Origin: Octopus vulgaris
Taxonomy: Eukaryota
Length of the DNA stretch: 64,000 nt
Reading direction: 5' to 3'
NCBI GenBank assembly: GCA_951406725.2
Contig: OX597816.1
Span: forward strand, 172,484,001-172,548,000
Shown: positions 1-10,825 of the stretch, piece after piece
Layout: the number at the start of each line of letters is the position of its first letter
Numbering within the stretch: the first letter of the stretch is position 1
Made by a program: the position numbers and the translations under genes
The notes under the pieces: model-generated
Told to the model about the DNA's origin: nothing
The model's database searches: none
The model's input: only the letters and a program-made list of their open reading frames with translations

Positions 1-29
1 GCCCAGCTTCAGGAATTTCATAAATCGAT

Positions 30-345
30 CTAGGCTGAGATTTGGAATGGAGAGTTTTGGAATGAAGGGGAAAATATAAACGATAATACGTCGTGGATGG
101 ATGCAATCAGGAAGGAATACTGGACCAGCATAAATATAAAAGCTTACACTGTTGATACCGGGCACTAAAAATATAAATAAAAAGTTGTACAACAGGAAGG
201 CATCAGAAACGATTTAATAATTATATCCTGGTATAAAATGTTGACGTTCTACGACAACTGTCTCGATTTATGATTTCAAGAATTATAGAAGACCAAATCT
301 TGTAGTAAAGAATGAAACATCCTCAAAGCAGAGGCCCATTGCGTT
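30..345 (+). mobile_element. Highly degraded non-LTR (R4/Dong-like) fragment upstream of RT
   Basis: Manual translation gives FWN..ENINDNTSWMDAIRKEY and later NDLIIISWYKML, reminiscent of the pre-RT region of R4/Dong; frameshifted. Confidence 0.3.
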
Positions 346-353
346 CTCAAACA

Positions 354-753
354 TCTTTATATATAAAAGTGAGGTTGTGTGCTGTCTGTCTCCTACGATT
401 TAGATTCCTAACTACTCCCACATTTTGCAGTGCAGTTTAACCAAAACCAGGTATCTTATAGTCGTGATTCATATCGAGCCCTTCTGGGTATTAGCGCGCG
501 TCTACGATGAGTCTACGATTTTAAAAAAAATTTACCATCATTTTTTCCATTTTAATGCATTTTTTCGCTATTATATAAGGGAAGTAACTCTCTAAAAATG
601 TCTACGATGAGTCAACGATTTTTAAAAGAATTTACCATCATTTTTTTTCCATTTTTAATGCATTTTTTTGTTATTTTTTGGCTATAACTCTCTAAAAATG
701 CTTATATAGTTATTTCCCTTACAAACCCGAGCAACGCCGGGCGATACTGCTAG
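354..753 (+). mobile_element. Non-autonomous Helitron (copy 1)
   Basis: Starts TC, ends CTAG, sits in an A^T site, has 3' hairpin CCCGAGCAACGCCGGG, no TSD; internal ~100-bp tandem repeat; 5 near-identical copies in window. Confidence 0.85.
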
Positions 754-1005
754 TATATATATATGTATCTGTGCAAGGATGTAAGATTTCTAGTTCGCTC
801 TGTCTTTCTTTCTGTTTTTCTTGTTGAAGTGATTGATTGATTGATTGGAGTAAGGTGTATTGATCTGATTTTGAGTTGCAAAAGATTACATCTATGAAGG
901 TAGGATTAGCGTTAAATTTCACCATTTTCTATTGGACACTGTATTTGCGTAGGTAGTAGACTAGTTATATATAAGCTTTGTACAGTTATATATAAGCTTT
1001 GTACA

Positions 1006-1389
1006 GGCGCAGGAGTGGCTGTGTGGTAAGTAGCTTGCTAACCAACCACATGGTTCCGGGTTCAGTCCCACTGCGTGGCATCTTGGGCAAGTGTCTTCTG
1101 CTATAGCCCCGGGCCGACCAATGCCTTGTGAGTGGATTTGGTAGACGGAAACTGAAAGAAGCCTGTCGTATATATGTATATATATGTATATATATGTATA
1201 TATATATGTGTGTGTCTGTGTTTGTCTGTATATGGTGGTGTGTTTACGTCCCCGTCACTTAGCGGTTCGGCAAAAGAGACCGATAGAATAAGTACTGGGC
1301 TTACAAAGAATAAGTCCCGGGGTCGATTTGCTCGACTAAAGACGGTGCCCCAGCATGGCCGCAGTCAAATGACTGAAACAAGTAAAAGA
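1006..1389 (+). mobile_element. tRNA-derived SINE, family A
   Basis: A-box TGGCTGTGTGG, B-box-like GGTTCAGTCCC, internal (TA)/(TG) tract, tail CCAGCATGGCCGCAGTCAAATGACTGAAACAAGTAAAAGA; many copies in window. Confidence 0.9.
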
Positions 1390-1550
1390 GTTATACAATT
1401 CTATACAATTCTAAGACTGTTATGAGTCCAACAAGTTAGTGACTGATGATTAGATAGGTGAAAAGAAAGTTGCAGGTGGGAATGGTTCAAACAACTTTTG
1501 ATTAATACTTTTGATGTTCACTATCTTCATACGAGGAATATTATTGGAGT

Positions 1551-1833
1551 ACACCTAAAAGCTCCACAAGGCTTCAGCAGGGATGGTGGTGATCCCTGCT
1601 GTACTCTTTCACCACAACTTTCTCTCACTCTTACTTCCTGTTTCTGTTGTACCTGTATTTCAAGGGGCCGGCCTTGTCACTCTCTGTGTCACGCTCAATA
1701 TCCCCGAGAATTACGTTAAGGGTGCACGTGTCTGTGGAGTGCTCAGCCACTTACACGTTAATTTCACGAGCAGGCTGTTCCGTTGATTCGGATCAAGTGG
1801 AACCCTCACCGTCGTAACTGACGGAGTGCTTCC
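1551..1833 (+). mobile_element. 5'-truncated SINE family B1 with 11-bp TSD
   Basis: Matches body and tail of copies at 8597 and 54687; flanked by ATTATTGGAGT at 1540-1550 and 1834-1844. Confidence 0.9.
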
Positions 1834-2184
1834 ATTATTGGAGTGTTCCTATCAAAACATTCTTTAAAAGCAAGCACAAGCCGGCCTAATAATGTTTTGG
1901 GCAAAAAACTGTGTACTGTTACAAAAGCCAGCAGCTCCCGTGAACACTTATTTTATGACAGACTGACAACATTTACGGTGAACACCATTTCTACCCAGAT
2001 TATAAATTGACTTTTCTATTCAGAATTTTCTAACATTTGTTCGTGCTCTTAGTTATGTTACTAAGTGTCTAAGTTCGGATTTTGAAGGAAAAAGTGACTA
2101 AATAGGACATTATGCTTCAAATTTCATTTGTAAAAGTCTAGTGAACCTGTTTAAATTCCAACGGTAGAGCTTTGTTTCTATACT

Positions 2185-2528
2185 GGTGGTGACCCCCTTC
2201 GGTCAGACACTGACCATGGGTTTGCACCTAGAGAGTTACCCTCCGAGGCACAAGTCTGGGCAAGGTTGTTTTATGGAAGACCAGCAGTCGCCCATGTATA
2301 CCAGCCTCCCCTCTCCACATCACCGATGTTGTCCAAGGGAAAGGCAAAGGGGCCGATACAGCTTGGCACCTGTGACGTCGCAACTCATTTCTACAGCTGA
2401 GTGAACTGGAACAACGTGAAATAAAGTGTCTTACTCAAGAACACAACACGCAGTCCGGTCCGGGATTCGAGCTCACAACCTCACGATCGTAAGCTCGACG
2501 CTTTAATCACTGAGCCACGCGCCTTCAC
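2185..2528 (-). mobile_element. tRNA-derived SINE, family D
   Basis: Minus-strand head GTGAAGGCGCGTGGCTCAGTG...GAGCTCGAATCCC; near-identical copy at 17512-17792. Confidence 0.85.
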
Positions 2529-2861
2529 AGAAGCTTCTATACTAGAAGCTTTAAATTTAATGAAATAGTTAAGATAATTAAAAAAGGAGAATTACACATA
2601 TAAACACGCACACACACACGCGCGCGCTTAAATATGCACATATATTTATGTTTATACATAATTAAAAACCTGCTTGCAAAAGCAGTGCAGAGAAAGAAAT
2701 ACCAGAGCACCATACATAATGACTCGGTCATCGCTCGAAGGACAAAGACCGCATTAATCATTTCTTAATCTAGGCAAAAATCAGAGTTAAATATTAACCC
2801 TAGTTGAAATGCATATAATAATTCATTTGAAATGTAAGATATACTTTTTTTTTAGTAAATA

Positions 2862-3263
2862 CTAGCAGTACCGCCCGGCGTTGCTCGAGTTTGTAAGGGA
2901 AATAACTATATAAACATTTTTAGAGAGTTATAGCCAAAAAATAGCAAAAATATGCATTAAAAATGGAAAAAAAAATTATGGTAAATTTTTTTTAAAAATC
3001 GTTGAATCATCGTAGACATTTTTAAAGAGTTACTTCCCTTATATAATAGCGAAAAAATGCATTAAAATGGAAAAAAATGATGGTAAATTTTTTTTAAAAT
3101 GGTAGACTCATCGTAGACATGCGCTAATACCCAGAAGGGCTCGATATGAATCACGACTATAAGATACCCGGTTTTGGTTAAACTGCACCGCAAAATTTGG
3201 GAGTAGTTAGGAATCTAAATCGTAGGAGAGAGACACACAACTTCTCTTTTATATATAAATAGA
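2862..3263 (-). mobile_element. Non-autonomous Helitron (copy 2)
   Basis: Reverse complement of 354-753 including CTAG end and hairpin. Confidence 0.85.
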
Positions 3264-3858
3264 TATTCTGATGGTAAGAAAATGTGAAATCAAGCCCACT
3301 AGTTTCTAGTTTACTTAGGTTAACACCACAGAAAGAATATCCACCTTCTGCTCACGCAGAGATAAGTAACTTATAGTTCTTTATAATATAAGTCAACAAA
3401 AAATGAAACTGACGACGTAATTTGCCAACAGTGCATGCGCTGATAGGAATTAATTCATAATGTACTACACAGCGTTTCTGGATAGTCTGAAATGTAAAGT
3501 ACACTTTTCCTTTAATAAACATACGATTTTTGTGTTGCTTTGAAATGTAAACAGAGTGTTTATGTAGCAGGCTCTGCTTGTTCGTGGGTAGAGTAAGTTG
3601 GAAACATCTAATTAGTTTCTAGTTTTCTTAGAAGACTTTCATCAGAACAAAAGATCACCAATATTCTGTCTATGGAGAGATTACTAACGTGTAGTATTTA
3701 TTATATATACACAAACTACACGGATAAACTGGTCAGTTTTATATGCATAATAGTGTATGCGCTGAAATCGTGAATTCATAACGTACTACACAGAGTTTGT
3801 AGATTATACACACACACACACGCGCGCGCGCGCGCGCATTCACCCACATATGTGTATA

Positions 3859-4253
3859 TCTTTATATATAAAAGTGAGGTTGTGTGTCTGTCTCCTACGA
3901 TTTAGATTCCTAACTACTCCCACATTTTGCGGTGAAGTTTAACCAAAACCGGGTATCTTATAGTCGTGATTCATATCGAGCCCTTCTGGGTATTAGCGCG
4001 CGTCTACGATGAGTCTACGATTTAAAAAAAAAATTACCATCATTTTTTTCCATTTTAATGCATTTTTCGCTATTATATAAGGGAAGTAACTCTCTAAAAA
4101 TGTCTACGATGAGTCAACGATTTAAAAAAAATTTACCATCATTTTTTTTCCATTTTTAATGCATTTTTTGCTATTTTTTGGCTATAACTCTCTAAAAATG
4201 CTTATATAGTTATTTCCCTTACAAACCCGAGCAACGCAGGGCGATACTGCTAG
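3859..4253 (+). mobile_element. Non-autonomous Helitron (copy 3)
   Basis: TC...CTAG, near-identical to 354-753. Confidence 0.85.
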
Positions 4254-4631
4254 TAATATATAAAATAGAGATGTGTGTGTATCTTCCACGCGAAAACGGC
4301 TTCACTAATTGCTTCCACACTTGTGATGCATGAATAATTTGACCTCGGACATATGTTAGGCTCTTCATTAGATTTTTTTAAATTAAAAATAAAAAAAAAT
4401 ATCGCTTTTTATATTACATTCACGTATTTGAAAGTTTTTTTTTAATATTTACTTCCGGTTTTCTAGCGTCGGTGACGTAACAACTACACGTAAATAAAGG
4501 AACATCTAAATTTTTAGGAACTACGTTTTTTGTACATTATTTACATTATTTACATTTGACGGATATTTGTCCTCATCTTGTTTGTTGTTAACATCAGGTG
4601 TCTTGGGTTCTCATTCCTAAGGTATTTTTCG

Positions 4632-4643
4632 ATGTTGTTGTTG

Positions 4644-4695
<52 letters not shown>

Positions 4696-4760
4696 TGTTG
4701 CTGTTGTTACTATTATTATCATTGTTATTATTATTATCATCATCATCATTATTATTTATA
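4632..4760. repeat. (TTG)n/(TTA)n/(TCA)n trinucleotide microsatellite
   Basis: Direct inspection. Confidence 0.95.
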
Positions 4761-4799
4761 TGTGTGTGTATATGTGTGTGTGTGCATGTATGTATATGT

Positions 4800-5460
4800 A
4801 TATACCTCTCCTCTCTTGCTCAGACACCTACTTTTCCTCTTCACTCCTACCCACCTACTGACTTCCACCCCCTCCCTTCATCGCCATCCCTCCCTCGTTA
4901 CCCCACACCTACACATTCCAACCCCAACATCCCTGTACATCCCACTCCACCCCATCCCTTACACCCCACCCTTGCTTCTCCATTCTCGCCTCTCAACACC
5001 CCAACACCATCACACCACACTACACACCACCACACCACACACTACCATACCACACCACATCACACCACCCCGCACACACTAGCACTGACCACTTCCCGGC
5101 ACCCACACCATCATCCATACACCTACGCATGCACGCACGCAAACGTCAAGGTCACCAGCCCCCTTCCACACACACACACACACACGCTCTCACATACGCA
5201 CACACACCTTTGTTTTGTGATCACCACTACTTTATTACCTCCCCTTCTTCCTAGCTCTCCTGTGTGGCCCCTCAGTCCGGCATTCGCCAGGATAGATCGC
5301 TAAACCACTAAACCCTTTTTTATTTTCTCTGCCTGTTTATTTCTGTGTTCCTTTCTGTCGAAGAGCGTAGGCTCGAAACGAGCGTTAAACTAATAGATTC
5401 GTTTGTTGTTTACACACCCGTCTTCGTCTTTTGTTTTTTTTTTTTTGTAAATTCTCACTA
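4800..5460 (+). mobile_element. Penelope-like element 3' region / pseudo-LTR (non-coding)
   Basis: C/A-rich tract followed by GAAGAGCGTAGGCTCGAAACG...AAACTAATA...GTCTT; same layout as 21420-22320, which follows a GIY-YIG fragment. Confidence 0.55.
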
Positions 5461-5501
5461 TATGTAGGTATATATGTATATGTATATATGTATATGTATG
5501 C

Positions 5502-5534
<33 letters not shown>

Positions 5535-5540
5535 TGTATG

Positions 5541-5850
5541 TCACGTGATCACGTGACCGACCAGACCATCAGATGTTGTTACACATCGCTGGTCACAATG
5601 CGTTCGCATTGTTTTAGCCTTCGAATGACGCCACCCCGCTGGCTAAGCGAGCAGGCCAACAGAAGAAAGAGCGAGAGAGAGAGAGAGAGAGTGGTGAAAG
5701 AGTACAGCAGGGATCACCACCTCCTGCCGGAGCTTCGTGGAGCTTTTAGGTGTTTACGCTCAATAAACACACACAACGCCCGGTCTGGGAATCGAAACCG
5801 CGATCCTACGACCGCGAGTCCGCTGCCCTAACCACTGGGCCATTGCGCCT
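5541..5850 (-). mobile_element. SINE family B2
   Basis: Same tRNA head as B1 (GGCGCAATGGCCCAGTGGTTAGGGCAGCGGACTCGCGG) with a different tail ending GGTCACGTGATCACGTGA. Confidence 0.9.
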
Positions 5851-6349
5851 TCACATGTATGTATATACATATATATAGGTACGTATATAAACTCTAAAAC
5901 ACATACCATGTCACATTAACTAGGTTTGCTACATCCATCCAGACTTTGCAAGTTATTCTTGTTTCAAAATAAATCAACAAAATCCGGGTGTCTGATGGGA
6001 AAAGAAAAGATATTTTCTAAATCAGTTCAGCAAAGTTCACCAAATGAAGTCGTTTGGGTGAGGTGAGAAGAAAAGAAAATTTAAACGTTTCCAGTTTTAC
6101 GCGAAAGCCAACTTTAGTTGACCAAGCAGAATAATCACACCTGTTTATGAATAACCATTACAGTTTCAGCTGTAATTGTTTGGCCAGTTTTTATTTAATT
6201 AAGCATCTACTGACCATTTCAACAATTCACAGAGATTAAAGGTCAAGGGACTTGATTGGGTCACAAGTTTTTCGGTTGTCACTTAGACATGACTTAATCA
6301 ATAAGTGGAAACGCTTTCCCCGTCATCTCTGCATCAATGGCGGTTCAAT

Positions 6350-6895
6350 ATATAACTCTCTCTCTTCCTCCTTCCCCCTCCCTCACATCCCACTCCCTCC
6401 ATCCCCCTCTCCCCCTCTCCCCCTTCCCCTCTTTCTCTTCTCTTTGTCACAATTTACAACGATGCAGGGAAGGAGGAGGTAGAGGAAGAAGAAAGGAAGA
6501 AAGGCAGGAAGAAGAAGATGATGATGATTATGATAGTGATGATGATGAGGAGGAGGAAGAGGATGGAAGGGGATGACGATGACGACGACGGCAACTGCCT
6601 ACATCACCGTCGCCGCCACGAAGACCACCACCACCACCATCACTATCACCTCCATCACTATCACCTCCATCACTATCACCTCCATCACCATCAACAACTC
6701 CAAAACCACCGCCACCACCATCACCAGCAGCATCAAAACTTCCGGCACCAGCACCATCGCAACCGCCGCCACCACCACTACCACTGCCACAACCACCACC
6801 ACGGCTACCATCACCGCAGCTACCATCACCACGGCTACCGCCACTACAGCCCCCCCATCACCACCACCGCCTCCCCCCACCAACAACAACATGAC
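6350..6895. repeat. Low-complexity pyrimidine/purine tracts and (CAC/CAT)n
   Basis: Direct inspection; source of the poly-His/Thr ORFs. Confidence 0.9.
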
Positions 6896-6905
6896 GAACA
6901 ATACC

Positions 6906-7128
6906 TATTTCTTTACTACCCACAAGGGGCTAAACACAGAGAGGACAAACAAAGACAGACAAACGGATTGAGACGATTATCTCGACCCCAGTGCGTAACT
7001 GGTACTTAATTTATCGACCCCGAAAGGATGAAAGGCAAAGTCGACCTCGGCGGAATTTGAACTCACAACGTATCGGCAGACGAAATACGGCAACGCATTT
7101 CGCCCGGCGCGCTAACGTTTCTGCCAGC
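6906..7128 (-). mobile_element. SINE family C
   Basis: Minus strand GCTGGCAGAAACGTTAGC...GAGTTCAAATTCCGCCGAGGTCGACTTTGCCTTTCATCCTTTCGGGGTCGATAAATTAAGTACCAG...AAAGAAATA. Confidence 0.9.
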
Positions 7129-7373
7129 TAATATCTTCCACACGGCTGCTGTACATCCAGCCCCAGACTACGTCTATTAGCGATAGCCTCGTCGACCAAA
7201 GTAACCATTCAACTACGAATAGTTCATTACGGAAAGCATTCTCACAGTGTATACCTACATATCTACATTCACACAGATACCACGCAGACGACACAAAAAC
7301 TCACCACCATGCACAAACGCGCACGCACATATGATTGCATGATGCATTGTTAATATTCAGCACAAGATATCCC

Positions 7374-7790
7374 GGATCTTTTCGGTTTGAACGGCAGTTT
7401 TTTCTAGCGGTGTCATATGAAATTGTCACCCATAATTATGACCCTAGTATCGATCTATTGCATTTCAATCTGTTTTAGGGTTAGGGTTAGGGGTGGGGGA
7501 AAGGGTATCCTTTTTTTCTCCACAAATGTAAATAAACCCAATCTGTTTCTTAAACGAGGGACATATTCATACGACACAGAATGCTTTTTAACTCAATAGA
7601 CGTCATTGATTGGTTGAAATTGCAGAAATTGAAGAAAAAAACAACAAATATCTTACACTCTATAGAATTTTCTCAATAAAGCCAAGAGAAAAAGATGTTT
7701 TATAAACACATTCTACCAGTATACGAAGTTTTACATTTTTTAGTAACCTAGAAATCATGTTAAAAACTGCCGTTCAAACCGAAATGATCC
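7374..7790. mobile_element. MITE with 29-bp TIRs and 8-bp TSD (Merlin- or hAT-like)
   Basis: TIR GGATCTTTTCGGTTTGAACGGCAGTTTTT, other end 1 mismatch; flanks GATATCCC / GATACCCC; internal (TTAGGG)3. Confidence 0.85.
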
Positions 7791-8015
7791 GATACCCCTG
7801 ATCGAACTGACAAGACAAAATAGATTGCCACTTTGAGAATCCCTTCTTTATCCTAGGCATAGTGTAACTAGAACTAATCTAACGCAAGGGAGATTTGTTT
7901 GCTATTTCTAGCATATCGAGAGATCACTTCGTAGCTTGTCCCTTTGCTCATTTTGCATGCTAAATGAACAATAGCGTCGTTGCAGATATTTACATATACA
8001 CCTCTCTCTTTCTCT

Positions 8016-8419
8016 CTTTTACTTGTTTCAGTCATTTGACTGCGGCCATGCTGGAGCACCGCCTTTAATCGAGCAATTCGACCCCGGTACTTATTCTTTT
8101 GTAAGCCCAGTACTTATTCTATCGGACTCTTTTGCCGAACCGCTAAGTAACGGGGGCGTAAACACACCAGAATCGGTTGTCAAGCAATGCTAGGGGGACA
8201 AACAGACACACAAACACACACGCATATATATATATATATATATATACATATATATACGACGGGCTTCTTTCAGTTTCCGTCTACCAAATCCACTCACAAG
8301 GCTTTGGTCGGCCCGAGGCTATAGCAGAAGACACTTGCCCAAGGTACCACGCAGTGGGACTGAACCCGGAACCATGTGGTTGGTAAGCAAGCTACTTACC
8401 ACACAGCCACTCCTACGCC
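8016..8419 (-). mobile_element. SINE family A
   Basis: Full-length reverse copy of 1006-1389. Confidence 0.9.
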
Positions 8420-8523
8420 TATTGTGTACGGACGTTTTTTTTTTTTTATTCTTTCATTTATTTGTGATTTTGGCTACGTTGGATCATTATCACTATGTCA
8501 ATGTTGAACGAGGGCAACCCCCT

Positions 8524-8560
<37 letters not shown>

Positions 8561-8596
8561 AATTCTCTTTGTTCCGCCTTCACTTCTTTAACCAAA

Positions 8597-8975
8597 GGCG
8601 CAATGGCCCAGTGGTTAGGGCAGCGGACTCGCGGTCGTTGGATCGCGGTTTCGATTCCGAGACCGGGCGTTGTGAGTATTTATTGAGCGAAAACACCTAA
8701 AAGCTCCACGAGGCTCCGGCAGGGGATGGTGGTGATCCCTGCTGTACTCTTTCACCACAACTTTCTCTCACTCTTACTTCCTGTTTCTGTTGTGCCTCTA
8801 TTTCAAAGGGCCGGCCTTGTCACTCTCTGTGTCACGCTGAATATCCCCGAGAACTACGTTAAGGGTACACGTGTCTGTGGAGTGCTCAGCCACTTACACG
8901 TTAATTTCAAGAGCAGGCTGTTCCGTTGATCGGATCAACCGGAACCCTCATCGTCGTAACCGACGGAGTGCTTCC
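8597..8975 (+). mobile_element. SINE family B1
   Basis: tRNA head with A box TGGCCCAGTGG and B box GTTTCGATTCC; tail CGTCGTAACCGACGGAGTGCTTCC. Confidence 0.9.
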
Positions 8976-9244
8976 ACCACACCGCATATTAGATGTACAC
9001 AATACAGAAATGTATTCATATGTATTTACATACATGCGCATGCCTTACGCAACAAATATATTTACTTATATATTTAGAATATTTATCAAATTTTTCTAAA
9101 CCTCATTTTGGTCAGTTATTTTTATGACTGTCTCAAATTGCAAAGTTTTTAAAACATCAAATAACGAGATAATACTGCTTTGATTCAGAGGAAACAATTG
9201 TGAATACTTCAGTTTCTTCTGTTATTGCTTTAAGGAGTAAAACG

Positions 9245-10540
9245 ACGACTGGCAGAATCATCAGAGCGTCGGGGGCGAATTTCAGTGACATTTCTTTTAA
9301 GGCTGGCAGAGTTGTTAGCAGGTCGGGCAAAGTACTTAGCGGTAATTCCTCCGTCTAGGCGGCGAGCTGACAGAAACGTTAGCACGTCGGGCGAAATGCG
9401 TAGCCGTATTTCGTCTGTCGTTACGTTGTGGGTTCAAATTCCGCCGAGGTCGACTTTGCCTTTCATCCTTTCGGGGTCGATAAATTAAGTACCAGTTACA
9501 CACTGGGTCGATGTAATCGACTTAATACCTATGTCTGTCCTTGTTTGTCCCCTCTATGTTTAGCCCCTTGTGGGTAATAAAGAAATAGGAAAGATGAGCT
9601 GGCAGAAACGTTAGCACGCCGGGCGAAATGCTTAGCGGTATTTCGTCTGCCGCTACGTTCTGAGTTCAAATTCCGCTGAGGTTGACTTTGCCTTTCATCC
9701 TTTCTGGGTCGATTAAATAAGTACGCACTGGGGTCGATATAATCGACTTAATCCGTTTGTCTGTCCTTATCCGTCCCCTCTGTGTTTAGCCCCTTGTAGG
9801 TAGTAAAGAAATAGGTAATTCCTCCGCCTTCATGTTCTGAGTTCAAATTCCGCCGATGTCGACTTTGCCTTTTATCCTTTGGGACCGATAAAATAAGTAC
9901 CAGTTGAGCACTGGGGCTGAATTAATCGACTAGCTCCTACCCCAAGATTTCAAGCCTTGTGTCTATAGTAGAAAGGATTATTATAATTAACTCTAGGGTG
10001 GAGAACTGGTAGAACCGTTATCGACAAAATGCTTTGCAGTATTTCTTTTGGCTCATCACGTTCTGAGTTCAAATTCCGCCGAGTCGACTTTAGTCTTTCA
10101 CACTTCCCTCAAAAATGATGACTGGACTTGTGTCAAAAATATAAAGCAATTATTATCGTAGTCAATTCTAGCGTGGAAAGTGGCAGAATCATTACCGCGT
10201 TGGAACAAGATGTTCTGCTGCATTTCTTCCGGTTCATTGTTTCAAATTCCGCCAGAGCCAACTTTGCATTCCATCCCTCTGAACGCGAAGAAACAGTACC
10301 AACCAAGTACTGCGGGCGATGTAATCGAGTAACTTCCCTTGAAAACTCGTGGCCTTCTTCCTGGATCCGAAACAGTTATTACAACTAACTGAAGCGCGGC
10401 AAGCGAGAAGAATCTTTTCACTGTTCCGGTTTTCTGCGTCCTGAGATCAAATATAGCCAAAATCAATTTTATCTTTCATCCTCTTAGGGCTTGATAAAAT
10501 AAGTATCAGTGAAATCCTGGGTCGATTTAATCGACTAAAA
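9245..10540 (+). mobile_element. Cluster of nested/tandem SINE family C copies (young copies ~9358-9588 and ~9594-9813, plus older degenerate copies)
   Basis: Repeated GGCAGAA heads and GTTCAAATTCCGCCGAG..ACTTTGCCTTTCATCC cores. Confidence 0.85.
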
Positions 10541-10825
10541 CCCTCGTGTTTATGATTGACACAATTACTGTTATTCCATCGTTACGTAATGAGCGTTTTT
10601 TCGTTATATTTACATTCACAGAAACATACGCACACATAAATACAAACTAACACATATGAAGGCGAATGACATGTACACATACGCGCCAAAAAGTATGTAT
10701 ACACACATACCTGTACACACAAACGCACACACATAAAGGTAGATAGATATGAATATATACCAATGTATGTATGTATACATACACACACATATATTTATAT
10801 ACATATCTATACATACATACAAACG

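Noticed and set aside
6518-7009. His-rich/Thr-rich ORFs resembling cephalopod histidine-rich or mucin proteins
   Set aside because: Trinucleotide low complexity open in several frames, running into a SINE; no signal peptide or splice context
8597-8670. tRNA-like sequences (also 1006, 17720, 54687)
   Set aside because: SINE heads continuous with SINE bodies; no complete cloverleaf or terminator
9245-10540. Regularly recurring motifs suggestive of a CRISPR-like array
   Set aside because: Eukaryotic nested SINE copies; no constant repeat/unique spacer structure and no cas genes
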